IMG/VR virus record: IMGVR_UViG_3300030061_000976
Span: 1-52,788 of that record
Reading direction: 5' to 3' (one strand)
Source of the DNA: a virus
Lineage: Duplodnaviria; Caudoviricetes
Length of the DNA stretch: 52,788 bases
Shown here piece after piece: positions 1 through 8,619 of the stretch (the first letter of the stretch is position 1; the number at the start of each line of letters is the position of its first letter). A model generated the notes under the pieces. The model was not told where the DNA came from, made no database searches, and was given only the letters and a program-made list of their open reading frames with translations. A program made the position numbers and the translations under genes.

Positions 1-213
1 TTTGAGAGTGGAATGATATGGGCACCGGATGAACGTTGGGCGGACGAAGTCATCGATGAATGCGCGGCATTTCCGAATGGCGACTACGATGACCTTGTAG
101 ACAGCACGACGCAGGCTTTGATGCGGTATCGTCAGGGCAATTTTGTGCAACTTCCGAGCGACGATTGGGTAGATTCAGAGGAGTCCACCTACATCCGGAG
201 TTATTATGGCTGA
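1..213 (+). CDS. terL: Terminase large subunit, C-terminal fragment (phage A)
   Basis: Frame open from base 1; ECAAFPNGDYDDLVDSTTQA matches the TerL nuclease C-terminal FP..xDDxVD motif. Confidence 0.85.
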   Translation, partial: FESGMIWAPDERWADEVIDECAAFPNGDYDDLVDSTTQALMRYRQGNFVQLPSDDWVDSEESTYIRSYYG

Positions 214-2038
214 TCCCAAGATCCAGTATGAGTACGGTAGAACACCCGAAAAGACGGCCCCCGGTATATTGGGGTTCTTCAACCTGCTCAGTGGTCCGTT
301 AGTCGATGCCTTTACCCCGAAACGCCGCGAAGTCATTACACCCTCCCAAACAACGTACACCGAAGCGGACGGAATGTACTACCCGAACACCACTCCGGGT
401 GTGTATGGCCCTGTAGAGCGGGGCGTTGAGTACATGCCCGTGGTTCAAGGCGCAAAGTCCGCGTATGAGTTCCTTGGAGAACTGATATCCAGCGGCAAAA
501 AGCGCGGCGAGACGGCGGACGCCCTTGTAAAGGGTATCGGTACGTTGCTCGAAGACCAGAAACGCGCTGGTATAAACGCGGGTTTGGGTGGCGACCTACA
601 GTTTTACGACCCGAAACAGAAGCGCGTCGTAGGATATGATCCGTTGCTGGTGCCAACCCTTGCGGCAGCGGGCGCGATAGCCGCCCCCGTGAGAGGACCC
701 GGCGCAGTGGTCGGCATGTTCGCAGGCCGCAGGGCGTCCAACGCGGATCTGGATGCTCTTGAAACAGCTAAAAAGATGGAGAACAAGGGCCATTCTCGCG
801 ACGAAATCTGGGATCAAACGGGTTGGTTCCGGTTTAATGACCGCGACGGGAAACCCATGGGAGAGTGGAAGTTTGAAATACCTGACGAAGCCTCTTTTGC
901 TGTTACAGATACTGCCGCATTGAAGCCCTACTTGACACCCACCGGTCGGGTTAAAGAAGGTTCCGGAAGGACCGGTTATGGTCCTGAGATAGACAAGCTT
1001 CTTGTACATGACGAGTTGTACAAAAAAGCATACCCCGGTGTTGATCTTGCAGAAAACATTGTTTCTTTGGATGAAATAACTAGAAAAAGGGCGGCTCTTA
1101 TTCCAAAACTAACTGCGTTAAGAGCAAAGAAAAACGAAATGGATCCTTCTGAGTATCAAAAAGCGGTTGATGCTCTTGAAGAGGAAGATGCTGGTCTTTT
1201 ACGTGAACTACTAAAAAACATGCCTACAAGTGAATTTCCCGGTGGGCCTGCTAAAACCGCTCGTGAAAAGTTTCCTTTGATGGACAGACCCATAGGCGAC
1301 ACGCTTGTCGAAAGAACCACTTCAGGGGGAGAACTATCGGGAGGAACTGCTGGTTATTATCAGCCCGGTTTGAACATCATGGCTGTTCGGAGAGACAGGT
1401 ACAAAGATGCCTCGTATCAAATGGATCCAAAGTACTTTGAACTTTATGAAAAAGCTCAGAAAGATTTTGAAGATGCCGGTCTCTCGCTTCGTGCACTTTT
1501 GTTTGGAATGGAAATGCCAGACAGCGGCCTCCGTAGTGGATATAATTTAGAGTACCGTGTGCGTAAACTTGGAGAAACGGGGCCGGAAGGCGCGGTGGAC
1601 CCCAAAACCCTTCCAAAAAACTTAAAGAAGCAATTGGCTCAACTAGAAAAGTATGAACCAGAACAGAAACGCAAAGATCAACTTCGCGAATTTCGTTCAG
1701 TCGCCTTACACGAACTACAACATGCCATACAGCAAAGAGAGGGTTTTGAAAAAGGTGGCAATCCGTCGTATTTCAAAGGGAAAAAACTACCGATCAATCC
1801 AAAAACAGGAAAACGGTACACTCCTTACGAGCTTTATGAAGCTTTGGTTGGGGAGACTGAAGCTCGACTTGTTCAAGAAAGAAGAGACATGACACCGGAA
1901 GAGAGGCGGGCTACACCTCCATACTCTCAGGTTGATGAGTCCATGATGTACACCCGAAAAGACCTTGGCGTGCAGAGCAAAGCCTCCGGAGGCATGGTGG
2001 ATAAACCCTTGTACGGAAACGCAAGAGTGATAGGTTAA
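206..2038 (+). CDS. LPD23-like domain plus zincin metallopeptidase (polyvalent-protein type, probable internal virion protein)
   Basis: AKKM..G....IWDQTGWF...GEWKFEIPD (LPD23-like), LHELQHAIQQREGF (HExxH), YxxLxGETEARLVQER. Confidence 0.7.
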   Translation: MADPKIQYEYGRTPEKTAPGILGFFNLLSGPLVDAFTPKRREVITPSQTTYTEADGMYYPNTTPGVYGPVERGVEYMPVVQGAKSAYEFLGELISSGKKRGETADALVKGIGTLLEDQKRAGINAGLGGDLQFYDPKQKRVVGYDPLLVPTLAAAGAIAAPVRGPGAVVGMFAGRRASNADLDALETAKKMENKGHSRDEIWDQTGWFRFNDRDGKPMGEWKFEIPDEASFAVTDTAALKPYLTPTGRVKEGSGRTGYGPEIDKLLVHDELYKKAYPGVDLAENIVSLDEITRKRAALIPKLTALRAKKNEMDPSEYQKAVDALEEEDAGLLRELLKNMPTSEFPGGPAKTAREKFPLMDRPIGDTLVERTTSGGELSGGTAGYYQPGLNIMAVRRDRYKDASYQMDPKYFELYEKAQKDFEDAGLSLRALLFGMEMPDSGLRSGYNLEYRVRKLGETGPEGAVDPKTLPKNLKKQLAQLEKYEPEQKRKDQLREFRSVALHELQHAIQQREGFEKGGNPSYFKGKKLPINPKTGKRYTPYELYEALVGETEARLVQERRDMTPEERRATPPYSQVDESMMYTRKDLGVQSKASGGMVDKPLYGNARVIG

Positions 2039-2041
2039 ATT

Positions 2042-2920
2042 ATGGCTGACCAAGGAAAACCTGATCTAACAAAACTTTCGGCGGCAGAATACCTTCTGTT
2101 TACGTCCCGTGCTTACGAGGGCCGTGGTCGCTTAGAGGCTGGTCTTTCAAACGTGGAAGGTGCCGCTGCTCTTGTCCCCAAAGATCCAAACCTTCCTGAA
2201 GTAGCTGTGCAAGCTTCCCGAGAAATTGGACAGCCCGACAGAGCATCCTTGTCTGTTGGTTCAGATCTTCTTCGTTACTCGCGAAGATTTGAGGACGGGG
2301 ACATGGATGCCGGTGGCCCACGGACCACGGACACTGTTGAGGGTGGCGCTGGTCCTTTGAAAGGATACTATCAGCAGTCTACGCAGCCCGGTAATCAGGA
2401 CTCACGGACCACGGCCTATGGCGGTCAGCTAAATTTAGGTCCCGTAAACTTGTATGCAAACCGCAACCGCTCCAGCCAGGATGTAGTAGACCCGCGTTTC
2501 GCGCAGTATTTTCAAAACACTCGCTTCGACAATCAGACGGATAACGTAGGTCTTAATCTTCGTCTGCCCATGGGCAGTGGTGCGTTAACCGGTGGCGTTG
2601 GTCGCGAGTTTCGAACGCAATATCAACCGCAGCATTTGCGTCAGGAAACACGGCCCACGGCCCAATCTCCAAATGTAACGACGTATAGTGCGGGCTATGA
2701 GGGTAAGGTAGGTCCGGGTCGTTTGGGTTTGCAGGGCAACTTGACCGACGTTCGCAACGTCGGCACGAACAAGTCCGTTGAAGGCTCGTATAACGTAGAG
2801 GACCCCCTTGGTTTGGGCGGCAACCTTTCCGCGACGGGTTCTTACAAGAACCCGATTGGCGGAAAGAGCGCGACGGAAGCAATGCTTCGGTATAGATTGA
2901 AGTTTGGCGGCGGTAGATAG
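2042..2920 (+). CDS. Hypothetical protein, Gly-rich and beta-strand-rich (beta-barrel-like)
   Basis: 292-aa ORF tightly packed with neighbours; many alternating strands, ends AMLRYRLKFGGGR. Confidence 0.6.
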   Translation: MADQGKPDLTKLSAAEYLLFTSRAYEGRGRLEAGLSNVEGAAALVPKDPNLPEVAVQASREIGQPDRASLSVGSDLLRYSRRFEDGDMDAGGPRTTDTVEGGAGPLKGYYQQSTQPGNQDSRTTAYGGQLNLGPVNLYANRNRSSQDVVDPRFAQYFQNTRFDNQTDNVGLNLRLPMGSGALTGGVGREFRTQYQPQHLRQETRPTAQSPNVTTYSAGYEGKVGPGRLGLQGNLTDVRNVGTNKSVEGSYNVEDPLGLGGNLSATGSYKNPIGGKSATEAMLRYRLKFGGGR

Positions 2921-2952
2921 TATGATAAGAATTTCATCGAGGAGATTTTAAG

Positions 2953-3393
2953 ATGATGGGTAATATGATGGGCTTTCGTCCCCTTGGGTATGCCGACGGC
3001 GACCTTGTAATGGACGAGCAGGATCGGGTTGTTCTTATTGAGTATCTCATGGACATGACCGGCATGGGTGCGGGTACTTTCGTTGGTTTGTCCAACGCGC
3101 AACTTGAAAATGCTCGCAGGAAGGTTGACGCGGACGCCCTTGCAGCGCAGACGCAGCAAATGCAGCAGATGGCTCCCGTGCAAGGCCCTGCGGGTCTAAT
3201 GGCACCAATGCAGCAGGAGGCACCGTCTGTTGGAGCCGGTGTTGGATTTCTAAACAATCTTAGGGATTTGGACCAAGCAATGCAGCAGCCAAACATTCAG
3301 GGTTTTGTTCCTTCAATGCCGCAGGATAACATTGGCACGGGCATTCCCATGCAGATGGCAAGAGGCGGCATCATGTCCTTGGGGCGTAGATAA
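2953..3393 (+). CDS. Hypothetical Met/Gln-rich protein
   Basis: GAGGAG RBS upstream; 146 aa; ends MARGGIMSLGRR. Confidence 0.65.
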   Translation: MMGNMMGFRPLGYADGDLVMDEQDRVVLIEYLMDMTGMGAGTFVGLSNAQLENARRKVDADALAAQTQQMQQMAPVQGPAGLMAPMQQEAPSVGAGVGFLNNLRDLDQAMQQPNIQGFVPSMPQDNIGTGIPMQMARGGIMSLGRR

Positions 3394-3395
3394 CG

Positions 3396-5822
3396 ATGGC
3401 GAGGAACCCACTGCCCCGCAGTAACTTTGGAACGGCCTCCCTTGTAGAGCGCCGCGACGAAATACCCTCTGTCGATCTGGATGTTGAAGAATCTGCGGAA
3501 GTTGACGTAGCAGATTCTACCGTCATTGAGGCTCCCGGCCTTAATATCGAACTGGAGGACGACGGCGGCGTTGTAGTGGATTTCGATCCGCGCATGGAAG
3601 CGCCGGATACGGGCGACTTTTACGACAATCTAGCCGAGACCATCGAAGACCGGGTTTCGTCCATGGTTTCTTCGGAGCTTATGGAGCAGTATGAAGCCAA
3701 CAAGGACGGTCGCAAGGATTGGGAAGACGCCTATCGTACCGGACTAGAGCTTCTTGGTTTCAAATATGAAGAGCGTTCGGAGCCCTTTCGAGGCGCAACC
3801 GGCGTAACGCATCCGCTTCTTGCGGAAGCTGTGACCCAGTTTCAGGCGCAGGCTTTCGGAGAGCTTCTTCCCGCTGGTGGCCCGGTTCGCACAGAGGTTT
3901 TGGGTGAGGTTACACCGGAGGCAGACAGTCAAGCAGATCGCGTTCGCCACTTTATGAATTATCAGATTACGTGCGTGATGAAAGAGTACACGCCGGAATT
4001 TGACCAGATGCTGTTCTACTTACCGTTGTCGGGTTCTACCTTCAAAAAGGTCTACTACGACGAGTTTCTGGAACGCGCAGTCAGCAAGTTTGTGCCTGCG
4101 GAACAGTTGATTGTTCCGTACACCGCGACAGATCTGGAAACCTCCGAGAACGTTACGCACGTTATCCAGATTAGCGAGAACGAACTTCGTAAGAAACAGG
4201 TAGCTGGCTTCTATCGCGATATAGAAGTGTCTGCGTCCCAGTCGGATCCGTCCGATGTCCAAGAAGAGATGGACGATATATCCGGCATTACACCCAATCA
4301 CCTGGACCAAGAAGTCACGCTTCTGGAATGCCACGTTGACCTAGATCTGGAGGGCTACGAAGACATAGGCGATGACGGAGAGCCCACCGGCATAAAGCTT
4401 CCCTATGTTGTTACGGTATCCGAGAACAACGGAAAAATTCTAAGCATCCGTAGAAACTACAGACCGGACGATCCTGCGCGTAAGAAGAACCAGTACTTCG
4501 TGCATTTCAAGTTCCTGCCCGGATTTGGGTTCTACGGCCTTGGTCTGATACACATGATTGGTGGTCTAAGCCGTACAGCAACGGCTGCACTTCGACAGCT
4601 TATTGACGCCGGTACGCTTTCCAACCTTCCTGCGGGTTTCAAAACTCGCGGTTTACGCATACGCAATGACGATGAACCACTGTCTCCGGGCGAGTTCCGG
4701 GATGTGGATTCTCCCGGTGGTGCTATCCGCGAATCCTTGATGCTCCTGCCCTACAAGGGTGCGGATCAAACCCTGTTCCAGTTGATGGGCTTCTGTGTCG
4801 AGGCCGGTCAGCGTTTTGCAGCCGTTTCTAATCTACAAGTAGGAGACGGCAACCAACAGGCTGCGGTTGGAACAACCATAGCTATGCTGGAGCAGGGCGC
4901 AAAAGTAATGTCCGCTATACACAAGCGGCTTCACTATGCTCAAAAAGAAGAGTTTGAGCTTCTGGCTAGCGTTTTTGGAGAGTACCTGCCGCCAGAATAT
5001 CCATACAACGTTGTTGGTGCGGAACGCACTATAAAAGCGGAGGATTTCGATGATAGGGTTGATGTGGTCCCGGTGTCAGACCCAAATATCTTCTCAATGG
5101 CACAAAGAGTTACACTTGCACAAACAGAGCTACAGTTGGCTCAATCTGCGCCGGAGCTTCACAACTTGTATGAAGCGTATCGCAGGATGTATAGGGCGGT
5201 TGGTGTCAAAGACGTAGACGCTATACTCAAACCTGTAGAACAGGGGGAGCCCTCTCCTAAAGACCCGGCGCTGGAAAACTCGGAATCTTTGGAGAACATG
5301 CCACTAACCGTGTTTCAGGGTCAGAACCACGACGCCCATATCATGGCGCATCTTGTGTTCGGTTCGTCTCCGATGGTTTCTCAAATGCCTGTCGTAGCCA
5401 TGGCTTTACAGAAGCATGTCATGGAGCACGTTTCGGTAAAAGCCAAAGAACAGGTTGCGTCTCAGATGCAGCAGCAGCTTCAAGGCCAGCCTCCGAACGA
5501 GCAACAGGCCATGGAAATTGAAGGTATGGTAGCCGAACTGGTCGCTCAAGGTATGCAAGAAGTTAAATCGTTAAGCGCACAGATTAGCGGTGGCGGGGAA
5601 CCAGATCCTCTTATTGCATTGAAGCAGCAGGATCTAGAACTTCGGGCGCAACGAGATGCCGCCGAAAACCAGATAGACCAAGCTCGTCTGTCTCTTGACC
5701 AGCAGAAAGCTCAGAACACGGCTCAGTTGGGCGCAGAGAGAATACAGTCTCAGGAAGATATTGTGGCAGCGCGGATACAAGCTGCTCGCGAACGCGAACT
5801 TATGAAACAACAAAGCCAATAG
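3396..5822 (+). CDS. Portal protein, podovirus/P22-like type (phage A)
   Basis: 808 aa downstream of TerL; HPLLAEAVTQFQA, LPLSGSTFKKVYYD, FLPGFGFYGLGL; C-terminal Gln-rich coiled coil. Confidence 0.85.
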   Translation: MARNPLPRSNFGTASLVERRDEIPSVDLDVEESAEVDVADSTVIEAPGLNIELEDDGGVVVDFDPRMEAPDTGDFYDNLAETIEDRVSSMVSSELMEQYEANKDGRKDWEDAYRTGLELLGFKYEERSEPFRGATGVTHPLLAEAVTQFQAQAFGELLPAGGPVRTEVLGEVTPEADSQADRVRHFMNYQITCVMKEYTPEFDQMLFYLPLSGSTFKKVYYDEFLERAVSKFVPAEQLIVPYTATDLETSENVTHVIQISENELRKKQVAGFYRDIEVSASQSDPSDVQEEMDDISGITPNHLDQEVTLLECHVDLDLEGYEDIGDDGEPTGIKLPYVVTVSENNGKILSIRRNYRPDDPARKKNQYFVHFKFLPGFGFYGLGLIHMIGGLSRTATAALRQLIDAGTLSNLPAGFKTRGLRIRNDDEPLSPGEFRDVDSPGGAIRESLMLLPYKGADQTLFQLMGFCVEAGQRFAAVSNLQVGDGNQQAAVGTTIAMLEQGAKVMSAIHKRLHYAQKEEFELLASVFGEYLPPEYPYNVVGAERTIKAEDFDDRVDVVPVSDPNIFSMAQRVTLAQTELQLAQSAPELHNLYEAYRRMYRAVGVKDVDAILKPVEQGEPSPKDPALENSESLENMPLTVFQGQNHDAHIMAHLVFGSSPMVSQMPVVAMALQKHVMEHVSVKAKEQVASQMQQQLQGQPPNEQQAMEIEGMVAELVAQGMQEVKSLSAQISGGGEPDPLIALKQQDLELRAQRDAAENQIDQARLSLDQQKAQNTAQLGAERIQSQEDIVAARIQAARERELMKQQSQ

Positions 5823-5831
5823 GAGATCGCT

Positions 5832-6011
5832 ATGGCAAAGGAATCTTCAAACGCTACGAAGAAAGGCATTGTAGTTGAGGACCAGGGTTATGTTCCTTAC
5901 AACGATGCAAAGGATGAAAAAACTCCGAATGTTGCAAAAGCTTCCGTGGTTTCGGGTAAGAACCGTGGCATGGGTGAAGCTATTCGGGGCGGCACTTTCA
6001 AAATTTCTTAA
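5832..6011 (+). CDS. Small basic protein (59 aa, MAKESS...RGMGEAIRGGTFKIS)
   Basis: AGGAG RBS at 5821, ATG 5832, TAA 6009-6011; below the ORF-track cutoff. Confidence 0.65.
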   Translation: MAKESSNATKKGIVVEDQGYVPYNDAKDEKTPNVAKASVVSGKNRGMGEAIRGGTFKIS

Positions 6012-6030
6012 TTTTACAGGAGATCTACAG

Positions 6031-6192
6031 ATGAACTGGATTCTTAGTCGAATGAAAGAGCCTTCTAGCTATGCCGCTCTTGGCGGTGGAGTTGTAGGAA
6101 TTGGCGTTCTTATCAGCCAGCCTATTGTCATCATTATTGGCATTGTTGGCGGCGCTGCCGGTTTCCTACTGAAGGAAAAAGGCGTTATCTAG
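6031..6192 (+). CDS. Small membrane protein, holin-like (copy A)
   Basis: AGGAG RBS; MNWILSRMKEPSSYAAL plus two hydrophobic segments; homolog at 50609-50770 lies between endolysin and spanins. Confidence 0.65.
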   Translation: MNWILSRMKEPSSYAALGGGVVGIGVLISQPIVIIIGIVGGAAGFLLKEKGVI

Positions 6193-6194
6193 CT

Positions 6195-6728
6195 ATGCTA
6201 CGGTGGATTGGGCTGGCCGCTTTTGCGGTAGTTCTGTCCACCGGGGCAGCTTATGCGGCAGATACTGTAACGTCTGCTACGGTAAGCAGTTCAACAGTAG
6301 TTGACAAAACACCACCTACAGCATCCAGCCCTTCAATAGTCGTTAACAACAACGATATCTGTCAAGTTGGAACCAGTGGCGCTTTGCAGACTGGTCTTTT
6401 TGGTGTGTCCGGTGGCACCACCACTCGTGATCTAAACTGCGAGAGGATCAAGCTGGCACGGTCTGTGTTTGGTATGGGGCTGAAGGTTGCTGGCATTAGC
6501 ATTCTTTGTCAGGAAGTGCGTGTGTTCGACGGCCTTTGGATGGCCGGAACTCCTTGTCCGTTTATGGGCAAGATCGGGGACGCGGCGAGGCAAGAGTGGA
6601 TCAAGAACCCGGAGAAAGCGCCGGAAGGTTCTATTGTGCGGTTGCAGGTAAAAGCGGAAACTGTATCTTTGCAGCCTCAACAGAGTTCTGATTGGCCTGA
6701 CGAAGAAGAATGGTACGGAGGCGATTGA
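6195..6728 (+). CDS. Secreted Cys-containing conserved phage protein (module gene 1, copy A)
   Basis: Signal peptide ending AYA-A; PPTASSPS, DICQ, NCERIKL, ILCQ, GTPCP; near-identical mature region at 51741-52301. Confidence 0.8.
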   Translation: MLRWIGLAAFAVVLSTGAAYAADTVTSATVSSSTVVDKTPPTASSPSIVVNNNDICQVGTSGALQTGLFGVSGGTTTRDLNCERIKLARSVFGMGLKVAGISILCQEVRVFDGLWMAGTPCPFMGKIGDAARQEWIKNPEKAPEGSIVRLQVKAETVSLQPQQSSDWPDEEEWYGGD

Positions 6729-7215
6729 TGCGTTGGCTGATCGCATTCCTGCTTATGTCGTCTTCTGCATTAGCGGAGACAGTAACGACGACTAATGTCC
6801 TTCCAGATCTGTCTGCGTTTACGACAAGTGGATCCACGACATCTGCTGGTTCCGCAAGAGGTTGCAGTGCCGGAGAGTTTTGTACGGGTAACGCTACGGC
6901 GGGCGGCGGAACTTATACGAGCACTTTTGATGTTCCGTTAACCGAGGACGAGGTTCGCAGAGGCTTTACCCTCAACAGCGCGGTTACCGTGGACAGTCAT
7001 CCGAGTAACGCTACGCTCTCTACATGCACGAGCGTTACGCAGGTGGGGGACTGTCGCGATCTTTTTACGTTAGGGATCACACTTTTAGACGGGGGAACCG
7101 TAGCGAAAGAGTTTACTCACGAGGTAGAATTAGACTTTACTGGGGAGAGGTTGTTTTCGTTCTCGGACACGATGGTGGAGAACGACTTTGGAATTTTGAC
7201 GGGAACCTTTTCTCT
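6258..7215 (+). repeat. Diverged direct repeat, copy 1 (pairs with 51831-52788)
   Basis: Same offset (45,573) at both ends; mostly synonymous differences; last 77 nt identical. Confidence 0.95.
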
Positions 7216-8080
7216 ATTTGGAATCGACGCAGGATTTCATTCCGGGTTCTTTGGACCAAAGTTTTCTGATCCCAGCCTGACGTTTACGCATGAACGGGTT
7301 GTAGAGCAGCAGATTCTGGATCAGATCGTGCAGAACGACGTTATAGCGGCTGCGCCGCCGGTTCAGATTAACCTTCCCCCTCCTCCAGTTGACTTGCCGC
7401 CACCGCCAGCAGCGGCCCCCATCGTTGTTGCGGTTGCCCCACAGGCTCCGTCCGAGCCGCCACCGCCGCCGGAAATTGTGCCTATTCAAATTGATTTGCC
7501 TCCGCCTCCAATGGAACAGCGACAACAGGAGTCACAAGCTGAGGCAACCATTGAGGCTCAAATAGAACAGGATATAGCGCCTCCCCCTGTAGAACAGCCT
7601 CGCGCCCGAGAGCCGGAACCTGAGCCGGAACCGGAACCTGAACAACCGCAGCAGTCTTCTGAACGGGAGCCTGAACCAGAAGGACAGCCGGCAGAAGCGC
7701 GGCCAGAGCCTCAACCCTCTGAACCAGAACCGGAGCCGGAGCCTTCCGTGGAACCGCCGGCGGAGACTAGAGAGGCGCAAGCCCCTCCAAAGCCCAAGAG
7801 CCGACAGGAAAAGGTTAAAGCGGCGGCTGAAAAGGCGGTTGCAAAGATAGCTCCGTCCCAGAGATACTCAGCAGCGTCACAAACCACCACTATGGTGGCT
7901 ATGGGTATGATCTCGCCTAAAATTGTAGCCCCTGCGGCCTTAACGGATACACCCGGCTTCTTTACAGGTACAAAAGTTCCTGATGGGCCTTCTATGGTTG
8001 ATCGGATGCAGAACTATACGTTGTTCGGTACATCAAACGGGGCGCACAATGCCCTTGTAGAGCTAGATTGGAAACGTTGA
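6728..8080 (+). CDS. Secreted protein with long Pro/Glu-rich linker (module gene 2)
   Basis: TGATG coupling at 6726-6730; signal peptide MRWLIAFLLMSSSALA; Cys-containing N-domain; PPPP and EPEPEP tracts. Confidence 0.8.
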   Translation: MRWLIAFLLMSSSALAETVTTTNVLPDLSAFTTSGSTTSAGSARGCSAGEFCTGNATAGGGTYTSTFDVPLTEDEVRRGFTLNSAVTVDSHPSNATLSTCTSVTQVGDCRDLFTLGITLLDGGTVAKEFTHEVELDFTGERLFSFSDTMVENDFGILTGTFSLFGIDAGFHSGFFGPKFSDPSLTFTHERVVEQQILDQIVQNDVIAAAPPVQINLPPPPVDLPPPPAAAPIVVAVAPQAPSEPPPPPEIVPIQIDLPPPPMEQRQQESQAEATIEAQIEQDIAPPPVEQPRAREPEPEPEPEPEQPQQSSEREPEPEGQPAEARPEPQPSEPEPEPEPSVEPPAETREAQAPPKPKSRQEKVKAAAEKAVAKIAPSQRYSAASQTTTMVAMGMISPKIVAPAALTDTPGFFTGTKVPDGPSMVDRMQNYTLFGTSNGAHNALVELDWKR

Positions 8081-8081
8081 T

Positions 8082-8618
8082 ATGGCTGAAGTAGAATTTG
8101 CGGGGGTCAAGTTTAAGGGCGGCAAGATGGTTGCTGTGGTCATAGGGCTATCTACACTAGTTGGCGGTCTTTACGGAGCCTTTGAGGTCTACAAGGACTA
8201 TGAACAGATGAAAGCAAAGATAGCGAGTTACACAGCGCCAGACCTAAGTGGGATCAGGCAGGAGCAAGCTGTTCAGAATGAGACCGTAAATGCCGTTATG
8301 AAAGAAATGGAGTCTGTCCGTCTGCGGGTCAGCGAGATACAACAGATTGCGCGAGATTTACGAGAGGATCAGCGCAGTGATAGTGGAAAGCTATATAAGT
8401 CAATTGGAGCAGTGGATCGAAGGTCAAGAGAGGCTGATTCTGATACTCGCGCCGCAATGCGCCAAGCAGAAGTAACTCTGCGAGATATCACCTCTAATGC
8501 GAGTTCGCGTTTTGATAGCAAAATCAATTCAGTAGATGAAAAACTTGATGCTCTGGAATCCAGACTCAACAAGACTTTGCAACGTGCGCTTGATAACCCA
8601 CTATTGAAAGGAAAGTAA
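8082..8618 (+). CDS. Membrane-anchored coiled-coil protein (module gene 3)
   Basis: MAEVEFAGVKFKGGK, one TM segment, long heptad region, ends ALDNPLLKGK. Confidence 0.75.
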   Translation: MAEVEFAGVKFKGGKMVAVVIGLSTLVGGLYGAFEVYKDYEQMKAKIASYTAPDLSGIRQEQAVQNETVNAVMKEMESVRLRVSEIQQIARDLREDQRSDSGKLYKSIGAVDRRSREADSDTRAAMRQAEVTLRDITSNASSRFDSKINSVDEKLDALESRLNKTLQRALDNPLLKGK

Positions 8619-8619
8619 T

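Larger units (their letters stand above)
1..7138 (+). mobile_element. Fragment of phage A (podovirus-like packaging region)
   Basis: Contains a TerL C-terminus and an 808-aa portal unrelated to the terminase and HK97 portal at 26.5-29.8 kb; visibly more GC-rich than most of the remainder. Confidence 0.75.

Noticed and set aside
5875-6030. N-terminal extension of the 105-aa track ORF
   Set aside because: Overlaps the better-supported 5832-6011 gene; the RBS supports a start at 6031
6258-7215. Diversity-generating retroelement TR/VR pair
   Set aside because: Differences are mostly synonymous and not adenine-specific; no reverse transcriptase seen
7370-7790. DNA tandem repeat or array
   Set aside because: Degenerate codons of Pro and Glu-Pro tracts; explained at the protein level
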